Source of the DNA: an uncultured Candidatus Rokubacteria bacterium
Lineage (GTDB): Bacteria > Methylomirabilota > Methylomirabilia > Rokubacteriales > CSP1-6
NCBI GenBank assembly: GCA_963789955.1
Contig: CAWBMV010000035.1
Span: forward strand, 13,366 to 77,365
Length of the DNA: 64,000 nt
Direction of reading: 5' to 3'
In this document: positions 32,893-42,154 of the stretch, in pieces
Position numbering within the stretch: the first letter of the stretch is position 1
How the letters are laid out: each line of letters starts with the position of its first letter
Position numbers and translations under genes: made by a program
Notes under the pieces: model-generated
Databases searched by the model: none
Told to the model about the DNA's origin: nothing
Seen by the model: the letters and a program-made list of their open reading frames with translations, nothing else

Positions 32893-33990
32893 ATGGAGAT
32901 GCAGGCCGCCGTCTTTCGCAAGGTCCACGAGCCGTTGACGATCGAGTCCGTCGAGATCGACAAGCCCTGGGGCCGCGAGGTCCTGGTTCGCACCGCCGCC
33001 ACCGGCGTCTGCCACAGCGATCTGCACGTTGTCGACGGTTTCGGCCGGTTTCCGCTGGATCGCCCGATCGTGCTCGGCCACGAGGGCTCCGGCGTCGTCG
33101 AGGCGGTCGGCGCCGACGTGACGACGGTGCGACCGGGCGACCACGTGGTGGCCTGCCTCTCGGGCTTCTGCGGCACCTGCGAGCAATGCCTGGGCGGCCA
33201 CCCGAATCTCTGCGTCGCCGGGTTTGTCACTCGGGCTGACTCGAGCGCCCCACGTCTTTCGCAGAAAGGCGCTCCGGTGCGGCAGTTCATCGGCATCTCG
33301 AGCTACGCCGAGCGGATGCTGCTCCACGAGAACTCGATCGTGAAGATCGATCCCGACCTCCCGCTCGACCGCGCGGCGCTCGTCGGGTGCGGCGTGCTCA
33401 CCGGCGTGGGAGCCGCGCTGCGGTCCGCCGGGCTCGAGGCCGGGCAAACCGTCGCCGTCTTCGGCTGCGGCGGGGTGGGGCTGTCGATCGTGCAGGGCGC
33501 GCGGATCGGCGGCGCCAGCCAGATCATCGGCGTCGACGTCTTCGACGGAAAGCTCGAGATGGCCAAGCGCGTGGGCGCCACGCACGTCGTGAACAGCTCG
33601 AAGGACGATCCCGTCAAGGCGGTGCGCTCGCTCACGCGCGGCGCGGGAGTCGATCACGCCTTCGAGGCGGTCGGCAACACCACGCTCGTCCGCCAGGCGA
33701 TCGAAAGCCTCGCCATCCGGGGCACGGCCACGATCGTGGGTGTCATGCCCCCGGACGCGAAGATCGAGTTTCCGTGGATGGCGATTCGGCCGGAGTGCAA
33801 GGTGCAGACCTCGCGCATGGGCAGCAACCGGTTCCGCACGGACATTCCGCGCTACCTGGAGTTCTATCGCCAGGGCCGCCTGATGCTGGACGAGATGGTC
33901 AGCCGTCGCGGCCGGCTCAGCGACATCAACGAAGCGTTCCGCGCGATGAAGGCGGGCGAGGTCGCGCGGTCCGTTCTCATGTTCAATTAG
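32893..33990 (+). CDS. Zn-dependent alcohol dehydrogenase (class III-like)
   Basis: GVCHSD, GHEG, CGTCEQC..HPNLC, GCGVLTG, GCGGVG. Confidence 0.92.
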   Translation: MEMQAAVFRKVHEPLTIESVEIDKPWGREVLVRTAATGVCHSDLHVVDGFGRFPLDRPIVLGHEGSGVVEAVGADVTTVRPGDHVVACLSGFCGTCEQCLGGHPNLCVAGFVTRADSSAPRLSQKGAPVRQFIGISSYAERMLLHENSIVKIDPDLPLDRAALVGCGVLTGVGAALRSAGLEAGQTVAVFGCGGVGLSIVQGARIGGASQIIGVDVFDGKLEMAKRVGATHVVNSSKDDPVKAVRSLTRGAGVDHAFEAVGNTTLVRQAIESLAIRGTATIVGVMPPDAKIEFPWMAIRPECKVQTSRMGSNRFRTDIPRYLEFYRQGRLMLDEMVSRRGRLSDINEAFRAMKAGEVARSVLMFN

Positions 33991-34037
33991 CCGGCGATCC
34001 TCGGAGCCAGAGGCCCCGCGGCATCAGGAACGCAGCG

Positions 34038-35075
34038 ATGATCGTCGACATGCACGCGCACATCATTCCGGAGAATTTCCCGCCGGCGGGGACGCGCCCG
34101 AGCGCGTGGTCGTGGCCGTCGATGGATCATTTCGAGGCCGGGCGGGCGCGCGTGATGATCGGCGGCGAAAACTATCGCACCGTGCACGACGGCAACTGGA
34201 GCGTCGAGCGCCGGCTGCGGGACATGAAGGCTCAGAGCGTCGACGTCGAGGTGATCTCGCCGATGCCCGAGCTGTGCGCCTACTGGTTCACGGCGGCGGA
34301 CGCGCTCGACTTCTGCCGCTACACCAACGACGTGATCGTCCGCATGTGCGCGGCGGCGCCCGGCCGCTTCATCGGCCTCGGGATCGTGCCGCTCCAGGAT
34401 CCGGAGATGGCCGCGAAGGAGCTGGCTCACATCAAGAGTCTCGGCTTCCCCGGCGTCGAGCTCGGATCGAACGTGAATGGCCAGTCGCTGGGCATGGCGG
34501 AGTTTCAAGGATTCTTCCAGGAAGCCGAACGGCTCGGCGTCGCGGTCTTCGTGCACGCGCTGCGGCCGACGATGATGGACCGCTTTCCCACGAAGGCGCT
34601 CTTCAATCCGGTCGGCTACCCGACCGACACGAGCCTGAGCATCGCGTCGATGATCGACGGCGGCACCGCCGAGAAGTGCCCGAGCTTGAGGATCGCGTTC
34701 AGCCACGGCGGCGGCACGTTTCCGTTCCTGCTGCCGCGCTACAACCATCACTGGAGCGGCACGTGGAACGAGGAGACGCCCGTTCCGGGCCGCGGCGCGG
34801 CGGCGCCGGACGCGCTGCCGCGCTCGCCGGCCGAGTACGCGCGCCGCTTCTACTACGACACGTTGCTCTTCGACCGGCGGGCGCTGCGCTACCTGATCGA
34901 CATGGTCGGCGCCGGACAGATTCTCGTCGGCACGGACTACCCCTACATGGCGCCCGAGCTACCGGTGGACAAGACGCTTCGGACCTTGAATCTGCCGCCG
35001 GACGTTCACGCGGACATCACCTGGAACAACTGCTTCCGTTTCCTCGGGATGACGCCGCCGAGCCTCTCCAAGTAG
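34038..35075 (+). CDS. Amidohydrolase_2 family, ACMSD-like decarboxylase
   Basis: VDMHAH, SPMP, PLQDP, VFVH, SHGGG, YYDT, GTDYP. Confidence 0.85.
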   Translation: MIVDMHAHIIPENFPPAGTRPSAWSWPSMDHFEAGRARVMIGGENYRTVHDGNWSVERRLRDMKAQSVDVEVISPMPELCAYWFTAADALDFCRYTNDVIVRMCAAAPGRFIGLGIVPLQDPEMAAKELAHIKSLGFPGVELGSNVNGQSLGMAEFQGFFQEAERLGVAVFVHALRPTMMDRFPTKALFNPVGYPTDTSLSIASMIDGGTAEKCPSLRIAFSHGGGTFPFLLPRYNHHWSGTWNEETPVPGRGAAAPDALPRSPAEYARRFYYDTLLFDRRALRYLIDMVGAGQILVGTDYPYMAPELPVDKTLRTLNLPPDVHADITWNNCFRFLGMTPPSLSK

Positions 35076-35118
35076 CCATCGCGACGCGTTGCGCGCGCCT
35101 CGCCGAGCGGAGGAGTCG

Positions 35119-36291
35119 ATGCTGAAGGTCACCCAGAATCTGATGCTGCCGACCGCCATCACCGGGTCGTATCCGCGGCCGCTCTGGTTCACCGAGAGCC
35201 TGCATGGACGGTCGTTCAAGTCGGCGCTCGGCGACTCGATCTTTCGCGAGCAGTATCTGGACGCGGTCGCGTGCGTCGTCAACGCTCAGGAAGCCGCCGG
35301 GCTCGACATCGTGACCGACGGCGACACGCGGTTCGATCTCGCCGTCGGCGGCAAGTCGTGGTTCTTCTACCCGATCGAGCGCCTGGGCGGCATCGAAGGC
35401 CACCGCGACACCTCGCGCGGCTGGATGGCTCGGCACGGCCTGCGACCCGGCCGCATCCTCTGGGAAGTGCAAGAGGCGTATCAGCCCGGGGTGGTCCGGG
35501 AAAAGCTGACCCGCGGCCCCCTGGAATACACCGCGCTCTGGAAGACGGCGCAGCGGCTGACCGACAAGCCGATGAAGTTCGGCGCGATCTGCGCGCCCGC
35601 GCTGGCCAGCATGCTCTGGGACGAGCACTATCGTGACGAGAAGGCGCTGATCAACGACCTCTGCGACATCATGAACGCCGAGTTCCGCGAGCTCGCGGCC
35701 GCCGGCTGTCCCCTCATTCAGGTGGAAGAGCCGCCGCACCACGGTCGCACGACGCGCCCGGACTGCACCGACGCCGATCTCGAGTTTTTCACGCAGGCCT
35801 TCAATCGCCAGCTGAAAGGAGTCGACTCCGAGATCTGGGTCCACACCTGCTGGGGCAACCCGAATCAGCAGCGCGTGTACTGGGAGCCGCCGAGCTACGA
35901 GCGGGCGCTCCCCCATCTGCTCCAGCTCGACGGCGACGTGATCACGTTCGAGTGCGCCAGCTCGGACGGCCGCGATCTTCACCTCTTCGGCAAGTATCGA
36001 ACCGACAAGAAGATCGGGATCGGCGTCGTGAACCACTGCAACACGGTCGTCGAGCCGCCCGAGCACGTGGCGCGGTTGATCCGGAAGGCGTTGGAGTACA
36101 TCCCGCCGGAGCGGCTCGTGATCACGACCGACTGCGGCTTCGGACGCGAGGGGCTCAGCCGCCGGATCGCGTACTACAAGTGCGTGGCGCTGGTCGAGGG
36201 CACCAACATCGTCCGGCGCGAGCTCGGTCTGCCCGAGGCGCGCGTGCGCGCCGCCGACCCACGGCTCTGGTTCGCCAGCGGGCCCGAGTAG
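35119..36291 (+). CDS. Single-domain cobalamin-independent methionine synthase II family protein
   Basis: TGSYPRP, QEAAGLDIVTDG, QVEEP, HTCWGN, DCGF zinc ligands; lacks the N-terminal MetE barrel. Confidence 0.85.
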   Translation: MLKVTQNLMLPTAITGSYPRPLWFTESLHGRSFKSALGDSIFREQYLDAVACVVNAQEAAGLDIVTDGDTRFDLAVGGKSWFFYPIERLGGIEGHRDTSRGWMARHGLRPGRILWEVQEAYQPGVVREKLTRGPLEYTALWKTAQRLTDKPMKFGAICAPALASMLWDEHYRDEKALINDLCDIMNAEFRELAAAGCPLIQVEEPPHHGRTTRPDCTDADLEFFTQAFNRQLKGVDSEIWVHTCWGNPNQQRVYWEPPSYERALPHLLQLDGDVITFECASSDGRDLHLFGKYRTDKKIGIGVVNHCNTVVEPPEHVARLIRKALEYIPPERLVITTDCGFGREGLSRRIAYYKCVALVEGTNIVRRELGLPEARVRAADPRLWFASGPE

Positions 36292-36336
36292 TCCTGCCTT
36301 GCATCGGTCTGGGTGGCGCAGCCGGGAAACGCGGCC

Positions 36337-36903
36337 CTACTCGACGTACAACTGGCCTGCGACCACGCGGGTTCCGTCCGGGGCACGGCGCAGCACGACG
36401 AACTCGCCCATACGGATGTTGAGTCCGGTCAGATCCGTCACGACACTGCCGTGAGTGACGACAACGAGCGGCGCTCCGCCCTGGTACGCGTCGATGACTT
36501 TTCGCGTCTCGGCCAGGCGGCGTTGGCGGAGCTCGGTGTCGTTGAGCGCGCCCTGAAGCACATCCCACGGCTCGACCCGGCCGAAGGCGAGGCGCGCCGT
36601 GTCCAGGCAGCGGCAGCGCGGGCTCGAGAGGACCCTGGCCACGGCGATCGCGTGCTGGCGGAACGCCTCGCCGACCCGCCGCGCCTGAGCCCGGCCGTTC
36701 TCGTCCAGGTTGCGCTGGGTCGAGCAGTCCTCGAGCTTTGCATCGGGCGGATCGAAGCCGCCGGGAGCGTAGCTATGCCGCAGCACCACGACGCTGCCCG
36801 GCGCGCGCAGCGCATCCCACACCGACTCCGCGTGCGCGATCGACGCGAGGGCGACGCCGATCGCGACGATCAGCAGCACGACCACCCTCTGTCGTGCCTG
36901 CAT
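36337..36903 (-). CDS. Secreted histidine phosphatase (PGAM) family protein
   Basis: Signal peptide, LRH motif, CSTQRNL, SSPRCRCLDTA, VTHG. Confidence 0.85.
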   Translation of the reverse strand: MQARQRVVVLLIVAIGVALASIAHAESVWDALRAPGSVVVLRHSYAPGGFDPPDAKLEDCSTQRNLDENGRAQARRVGEAFRQHAIAVARVLSSPRCRCLDTARLAFGRVEPWDVLQGALNDTELRQRRLAETRKVIDAYQGGAPLVVVTHGSVVTDLTGLNIRMGEFVVLRRAPDGTRVVAGQLYVE

Positions 36904-37025
36904 GGCGGCTCCTGTCTGACGTTCTGGCAAGCTGATCTACCCCCGGTGGCCCTCGCGGCCGCCGGGCGCACCATCCCTGCTGCTAATTGCCGGACATTGC
37001 ACCATATCTCGCCCGTCGCCGCTTC

Positions 37026-37041
37026 GGGCATTGGATGTGCA
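37026..37041 (+). promoter_or_regulatory. Putative sigma54-type box upstream of pal
   Basis: GGGCATTGGATGTGCA (GG-N10-GC). Confidence 0.4.
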
Positions 37042-37114
37042 GACTTGCGTCAGCGCCCGCGGCCCGCGACCGAATCGCGGCCCCATCCAGGGCTCGCGGA
37101 AGGGAGGATCTCAA

Positions 37115-37684
37115 GTGAAGCACTTCTCACAGACCGCTCTCGTCCTGATGCTGGCGGCAGCGCCATTCCTCGCCGGATGCGCGATGACGCCGAACACGAT
37201 GGCCGACTCCGGGTCGGCGCCTGCACCCGGCGGATCGAAGGGTGGATCGATGGATGGAGGTCGCGCGGTCGGGTCTGCGGCCGGCGATCGTTCGGGCTCG
37301 AATGCGCAGGGCGCCGCCCGGCCCAACCCGAAGGAGTTCACCGCGAAGACGGACCTTCGGGACGTTCGCTTCGAGTTCGATTCCTACCAGATCCGTGCTG
37401 AAGACACGCAGGTTCTCGACCAGAACGCCGACATGATGAAGGCGAACCCTGGTTGGATGGTGCTCATCGAAGGGCACGCCGATCAGCGCGGGACGACCGA
37501 CTACAATCTCGCGCTCAGCGAGCGCCGGGCTCGCGCGTCGATGAACTACCTCGTCTCCCGAGGCGTCCGGGCTAACCGGATCTCGGTCATCAGCTACGGC
37601 AAGGAACACCCGATCTGCGCGGAGGCCAGCGAGGATTGCTGGAGCCTGAATCGCCGAGCGCACTTCGCGGTCAAGGCGAAGTAA
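37115..37684 (+). CDS. pal: Peptidoglycan-associated lipoprotein (OmpA-like domain)
   Basis: LAGC lipobox, FEFDS, IEGHADQRG..YNLALSERRA, SYGKEHP, NRRA. Confidence 0.88.
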   Translation: MKHFSQTALVLMLAAAPFLAGCAMTPNTMADSGSAPAPGGSKGGSMDGGRAVGSAAGDRSGSNAQGAARPNPKEFTAKTDLRDVRFEFDSYQIRAEDTQVLDQNADMMKANPGWMVLIEGHADQRGTTDYNLALSERRARASMNYLVSRGVRANRISVISYGKEHPICAEASEDCWSLNRRAHFAVKAK

Positions 37685-37709
37685 CCCCTAACCCTAACCG
37701 TTCACGAAG

Positions 37710-37740
37710 AAGGAGGCGGCACGTGGCCGCCTCCTTTTTT
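37710..37740 (+). terminator. Rho-independent terminator (likely bidirectional)
   Basis: AAGGAGGCGGC-ACGTG-GCCGCCTCCTT followed by a T run. Confidence 0.85.
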
Positions 37741-37759
37741 GTTTCACCTTCCGTCCGGA

Positions 37760-38461
37760 CTATCGTCCCTGGAGTGAGACCGTCGTGAGCCGGCGGGGTG
37801 CGACGTTCGTATACGTCACGCTGCCGTCGCGCGCGACGTACTGCTGGATGCCGCCGCTGCCCTGCAGCTCCCACGCGAGCGGGGCGCCGTAGTAGCGCAG
37901 CACGCGCGCGACGTATTCCCGCGTCTCGGGATACGGCGGGATGCCGCGGAATGCCGCGACCGGCCTGTCACCGGCGTTGTAGGCGGCGATGGCCATCGGC
38001 AGGTCGTAGTGGAAGCGATCCATCATGCCGCGAAGATGCCGGGTGCCCGCGTGGATGTTTTCGCGCGGATTGAACATGTCGCGAACGCCCAGAATCGCGG
38101 CGGTCTCCGGCATCAGCTGCATCAGCCCGCGCGCGCCTTTCGGCGACACGGCGCGAGCATCGAATCCCGACTCGACGCGGATGACGGCCCAGATGAGGCG
38201 CTCGGGCACCCCGTATCGCGCCGATGCTTCCGCGATCTCGCGGGAGTACAGGCCGTAGTCACTCGAAGCCGGACGCTGCGATTCCCGCGCGGGCACCGCG
38301 TACGCCACGCGTTGCACCGTAGGATTCGGCTGGATGTTCGTGAAATAGGTGGTCCCGTCGGAGGCGGTCCGCTTGTAGACCTGTGCGGCCGCCGGCGTCG
38401 CCGTGGCCATCGCTGCGGCGACCGCGAGGAGTCCCAGGGACCGCGTTCCCAACCTGCTCAT
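37760..38461 (-). CDS. Lytic transglycosylase (SLT) with DUF4124-like segments
   Basis: Signal peptide, AVIRVESGF, SPKGARGLMQLMP, AAYNAG, PYPETREYV. Confidence 0.9.
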   Translation of the reverse strand: MSRLGTRSLGLLAVAAAMATATPAAAQVYKRTASDGTTYFTNIQPNPTVQRVAYAVPARESQRPASSDYGLYSREIAEASARYGVPERLIWAVIRVESGFDARAVSPKGARGLMQLMPETAAILGVRDMFNPRENIHAGTRHLRGMMDRFHYDLPMAIAAYNAGDRPVAAFRGIPPYPETREYVARVLRYYGAPLAWELQGSGGIQQYVARDGSVTYTNVAPRRLTTVSLQGR

Positions 38462-38475
38462 GCCAGGGTAATATG

Positions 38476-38490
38476 GCATATTCGATGCCG
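38476..38490 (-). promoter_or_regulatory. Putative sigma54-type box upstream of the SLT gene
   Basis: Minus strand CGGCATCGAATATGC (GG-N10-GC) in an AT-rich intergenic region. Confidence 0.45.
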
Positions 38491-38607
38491 AGCGGAATAT
38501 CGTTATGTTTCATATGGTTAGAACGAATCGACCGGAAACAGGCCTGGTGAGTTTCTGGCCGGACGGCTCATTCCCGGACACCCCATTGGGGGCCCGGTCG
38601 CTCCGGA

Positions 38608-39606
38608 TCAGTACTCGTCGAACATGCGCTGGATCTCGGACACGTTGTCGGTCCTGGTGAGGGCCAGCATGGCCAGCACGCGCGCCTTCTGAGGAGTCAG
38701 GTTGTCGGCGACGACGATCTCCTGCTGACGCAGGAGCGTACGGGGAAGGACGCGACCGCTTCCCGCGCGGCTCGAAAGCACGATCAGGACTCCCTGCCGG
38801 CGGGCTTCGAGAAGGGCTTCCGTCTCGGCCGGCGTGGTGACGCCCGGCGGGAGCGAGGCCGATACGATCGCCCGCGCGCCGGCCGCAACGAACGCGCGAA
38901 TCGCCGCGCCATCCGCCCCTGAATACGACGCCGCGATGTCCACGCGCGGCAGATCGGTCCGCCCTCGCACATCGAACTCCGTGTCCGGCGCATGACGGCG
39001 CGATGGCCGGCGGTAGATGGCGATTCGGCCGTCGGGATCGGCGTAGCCGAGCATGCCGAGGTCCGGACTGCGAAACGTCTCGAGACGCAAGGTCGACGTC
39101 TTCGTCACGTCGCGCGCGGTCTGGATCTCGTCGTTGAGGAGTACGAGCACGCCGAGACCGCGCGCCTCGGACGATCCGGCGACCCGCACCGCGTTCAGGA
39201 GATTGAGCCCGGCGTCCGAGCTGAGGCCGGTGGCCGGCCGCTGCGAACCGACCAGCACGACGGTCGCGTCGACCTTGAGGGCGAGATTCAGAAAGTACGC
39301 CGTCTCCTCGAGTGTCGCGGTGCCGTGCGTGATCACGATCCCGTCGAGGGGGGTGTGGCTGACCGTCGCGTCGCTCACCGCCGCGGCGAGGGCGAGCCAG
39401 TCGCCGGGTCCGATCGCCGCGCTTCCGACCGAGCGGAAGTGAACCGGGACGATCTCAGCGGCCTCGGCCGCCTCGGGGAACCGCACGAGGAGCTCGTCGG
39501 GCTCCGCCTTGCGGCTCGTATCCATGTACTCCCACAGATCGAGGCTCCCGCGGCCGATCGACGAGATCGTGCCGCCCGTGCCGATCAGCGCGACCCGTCG
39601 CTTCAC
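38608..39606 (-). CDS. L-asparaginase family protein (HGTAT variant)
   Basis: GTGGTI, HGTATLEE, GSQRP, VTKT, LTPQKARVL. Confidence 0.85.
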   Translation of the reverse strand: MKRRVALIGTGGTISSIGRGSLDLWEYMDTSRKAEPDELLVRFPEAAEAAEIVPVHFRSVGSAAIGPGDWLALAAAVSDATVSHTPLDGIVITHGTATLEETAYFLNLALKVDATVVLVGSQRPATGLSSDAGLNLLNAVRVAGSSEARGLGVLVLLNDEIQTARDVTKTSTLRLETFRSPDLGMLGYADPDGRIAIYRRPSRRHAPDTEFDVRGRTDLPRVDIAASYSGADGAAIRAFVAAGARAIVSASLPPGVTTPAETEALLEARRQGVLIVLSSRAGSGRVLPRTLLRQQEIVVADNLTPQKARVLAMLALTRTDNVSEIQRMFDEY

Positions 39607-41054
39607 CTGGGTCGGGCGAGCACCTCCGCCGCCTGCTTCTCCACCACCGTGCCCTTGAAGAAGTCCGGGTTCAGCTGACCCCAGAAGCGCACGGCATTCT
39701 CGAACACGAAGTCGCGGAAGTCGTTCTCGTCGAGGAGCCCGTGCTCGACCAGCTCGTACGCCTCGGGAACCACCTCGGTCATGTCGGGCACGTCGAAGTG
39801 GCCGATGTCCGAGCTGAAGAACGCGTTGAGCCGCGCGTGCATCGGGTTCGCCTTGCGATTGAAGGCCCACGCGTTGATCGGGTCGTCGGCCTCGCAGCCG
39901 AAGTAGAAGCGCTTGATGTAGAGGTCGTTGAAATCCTGCTTGCTCGTGATCTGGCAACGCGAGTAGTCGTCGAGATCCTCGACGCCGCCGGTGCCGTCAC
40001 CGTTGTCGTCCAGCCCCTCGCCGCGACGCACCGCCTCGATCACGGTGGGCTTCCCGTACTTCTCGGCGAGCGCGAGCAGCTGGGCCCGGTCGAGTCGCGC
40101 CGGGTTGGTGTTCTCGAGCGCGTCGCGCTTGCGCTTCTCCCAGTGCCCGATGAGATCGGCGAAGAGCGAGCACGCCCAGCCGACGCCGCCCTCGAGGAAG
40201 GCGAAGTTGATCTCGGGGAATCGGCGCGTGACGCCGCCGAAGAAGATGGCCTTCGCCATGGCCTCGCTCGCGGAGGCGAAGTGTCCGATGTGGTTGTAGC
40301 AGAAGTTCGACGGCGAGTTGCGAAGCAGGATCGAGCGCGCCCCGTTGTGGAAGCTCGGCGAGATGCGCAGCTCGCGGCACTTCGCCCAGACCGGATCGTA
40401 GTCGTGAATGCTGTCGATCGCGATCGGGTCGTACCACTCGACGAACTTCGCGGCCTCCGGATGCTCCTCGACGAGCGCCTGGATCGGCCGGCGGATCAAG
40501 CTTCCCATCATCACGACCCGGTAGCCCAGCTGCCGTGACGCGAACTCGAGCTCTTCGCACGCCTCTTCGGGCGAGTACATCGGGATGATCGCGGCGGGAA
40601 TGAGCCGATCGCCGTACGGGCGGAACTGGTCCATCGTGAACACGTTGTAGGCGCGACACAGGGCGCGCCGCAGCTTGTCCGGCGGCAGCCGGTAGTAGCC
40701 GAGCCCGGCGGTCGGATAGATCACGGAGAAATCGAGCCCGAGATCGTCCAGGCGCTCGTAGAGCAGGCGCGGCATCATCGCGGTCGCGCGATCCAGGGTG
40801 TTCTTCGTCGGCAGGAACCAGAACGCCTCCTGCCCGATCCGGCGCCGGCGCCGCTCGGCCACGGACATGTTGAGCGAGTTGGGGATACGCGCGCTCGCCA
40901 TCGCCAGCGCCTCGACCGCCGCGTCGCCGCCGATGCGACGAAACTCCTCGCGCATGTGCGGCGCGAACTCGGCCCAGTGGCCATCCGCGTCGATGATCGG
41001 GTGCTTCAGGCCCGCGCGGAGCTTCTTCGCCTCGTGCTGTCCATTGCTCGACAT
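39603..41054 (-). CDS. Amidohydrolase_2 family protein
   Basis: IIDADGH, IYPT, SFH, FLEGGVGW, GCEADD, SSDIGHFD. Confidence 0.85.
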   Translation of the reverse strand: MSSNGQHEAKKLRAGLKHPIIDADGHWAEFAPHMREEFRRIGGDAAVEALAMASARIPNSLNMSVAERRRRRIGQEAFWFLPTKNTLDRATAMMPRLLYERLDDLGLDFSVIYPTAGLGYYRLPPDKLRRALCRAYNVFTMDQFRPYGDRLIPAAIIPMYSPEEACEELEFASRQLGYRVVMMGSLIRRPIQALVEEHPEAAKFVEWYDPIAIDSIHDYDPVWAKCRELRISPSFHNGARSILLRNSPSNFCYNHIGHFASASEAMAKAIFFGGVTRRFPEINFAFLEGGVGWACSLFADLIGHWEKRKRDALENTNPARLDRAQLLALAEKYGKPTVIEAVRRGEGLDDNGDGTGGVEDLDDYSRCQITSKQDFNDLYIKRFYFGCEADDPINAWAFNRKANPMHARLNAFFSSDIGHFDVPDMTEVVPEAYELVEHGLLDENDFRDFVFENAVRFWGQLNPDFFKGTVVEKQAAEVLARPR

Positions 41055-41227
41055 GGCCACCCTCCGGGGCAAGCGTTATCTCGGGATGATACTCCGATGT
41101 GCCGGGTCGAGGAATGCCGTCGCGACGGGGGCGAACCAGGCGGCTTGATCGCCGGCCTCTTTGCTGGCTAAATCGGGGCGGTCGCGGAATCTTTCCAGAA
41201 TCTACCGTCGCGACAGGAGAGACCGAT

Positions 41228-42154
41228 ATGCTTCCGGCACCGGGCTTCCATCATCTCCATCTGAACTCCGTCGATCCGGACGCGGCGATCGCGTTCTACG
41301 TCGAGCAGTTCCCGACCAGCGCCAAGTCGAGCTGGGGTGGCTTCCCGGCGCTCGCGGCGCCGAACAACGTCCTGATCTTGTTCACGAGGGTCGCCACGGC
41401 GGCGCCGACCTCACCGCAAACCGCGCTCTGGCACTTCGGCTGGCATGTCACCGACACGCGCAAGAGCCTCGACACCTACACGGCTCGGAAGAGCCTCACG
41501 CTCCTGCCGCTCTACACCACGGACGAGGGCGGCTCGGTCTTCATCAGCAGCGACAGCTGGCCGGGCACGGGCGGCGTGCCCGGGCGAACGAAGGCGCAGA
41601 TCGCCGAGGCCAAGGCGCAGGGCATCCAGCCGGCTCGCAGCGGAGGCTTCGGCTACATGCAGGGCCCCGACGACGCCCTGGTCGAATATGCGGGGAACCA
41701 TCCGGCCGAGCGCTTCAACCACGTGCATATGTTCCAGGACGATCCGTTCTGCGCGCAGATCTGGTATCAGCAGCATCTCAACGCGCCGGTGTTCGCGGGT
41801 CGCACGAGCCCGGCCGGAATGACGGAGAGCACGTGCCAGGTCCCGCGCGGACCTGAACGCTCGTGGCCGGCGCTCGAACGCCAGGGAATGTTCCGGTCGC
41901 CGTCAGCGGCCGTGATGTTCGGAGACGTGGCGCTGCCGTGGTACATGCGGCAGGACGACAAGCCGCTCGCGAGCTCGCGCGGTCACCTCTACGATCACAT
42001 CGCGCTCACGGTGGCCGACCTCGATGCCTGGGTCGCGAAGCTGCGCGGCGAAGGCGTGCGGTTCCTCGAAGAGCCTTATCGTCTCGGCGCTACGCGGGCG
42101 GCGATGATCGAGGGCCCGAGCCGCGAGGCGATCGAGCTGGTCGAGGTCAGGTAG
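41228..42154 (+). CDS. Two-domain VOC/glyoxalase family protein
   Basis: FHHLHL, WHFGW, FNHVHM, YDHIAL, IELVE. Confidence 0.8.
   Translation: MLPAPGFHHLHLNSVDPDAAIAFYVEQFPTSAKSSWGGFPALAAPNNVLILFTRVATAAPTSPQTALWHFGWHVTDTRKSLDTYTARKSLTLLPLYTTDEGGSVFISSDSWPGTGGVPGRTKAQIAEAKAQGIQPARSGGFGYMQGPDDALVEYAGNHPAERFNHVHMFQDDPFCAQIWYQQHLNAPVFAGRTSPAGMTESTCQVPRGPERSWPALERQGMFRSPSAAVMFGDVALPWYMRQDDKPLASSRGHLYDHIALTVADLDAWVAKLRGEGVRFLEEPYRLGATRAAMIEGPSREAIELVEVR

Noticed and set aside
37682..37699. Telomere-like TAACCC repeats after pal
   Set aside because: Fewer than three imperfect units; consistent with chance.
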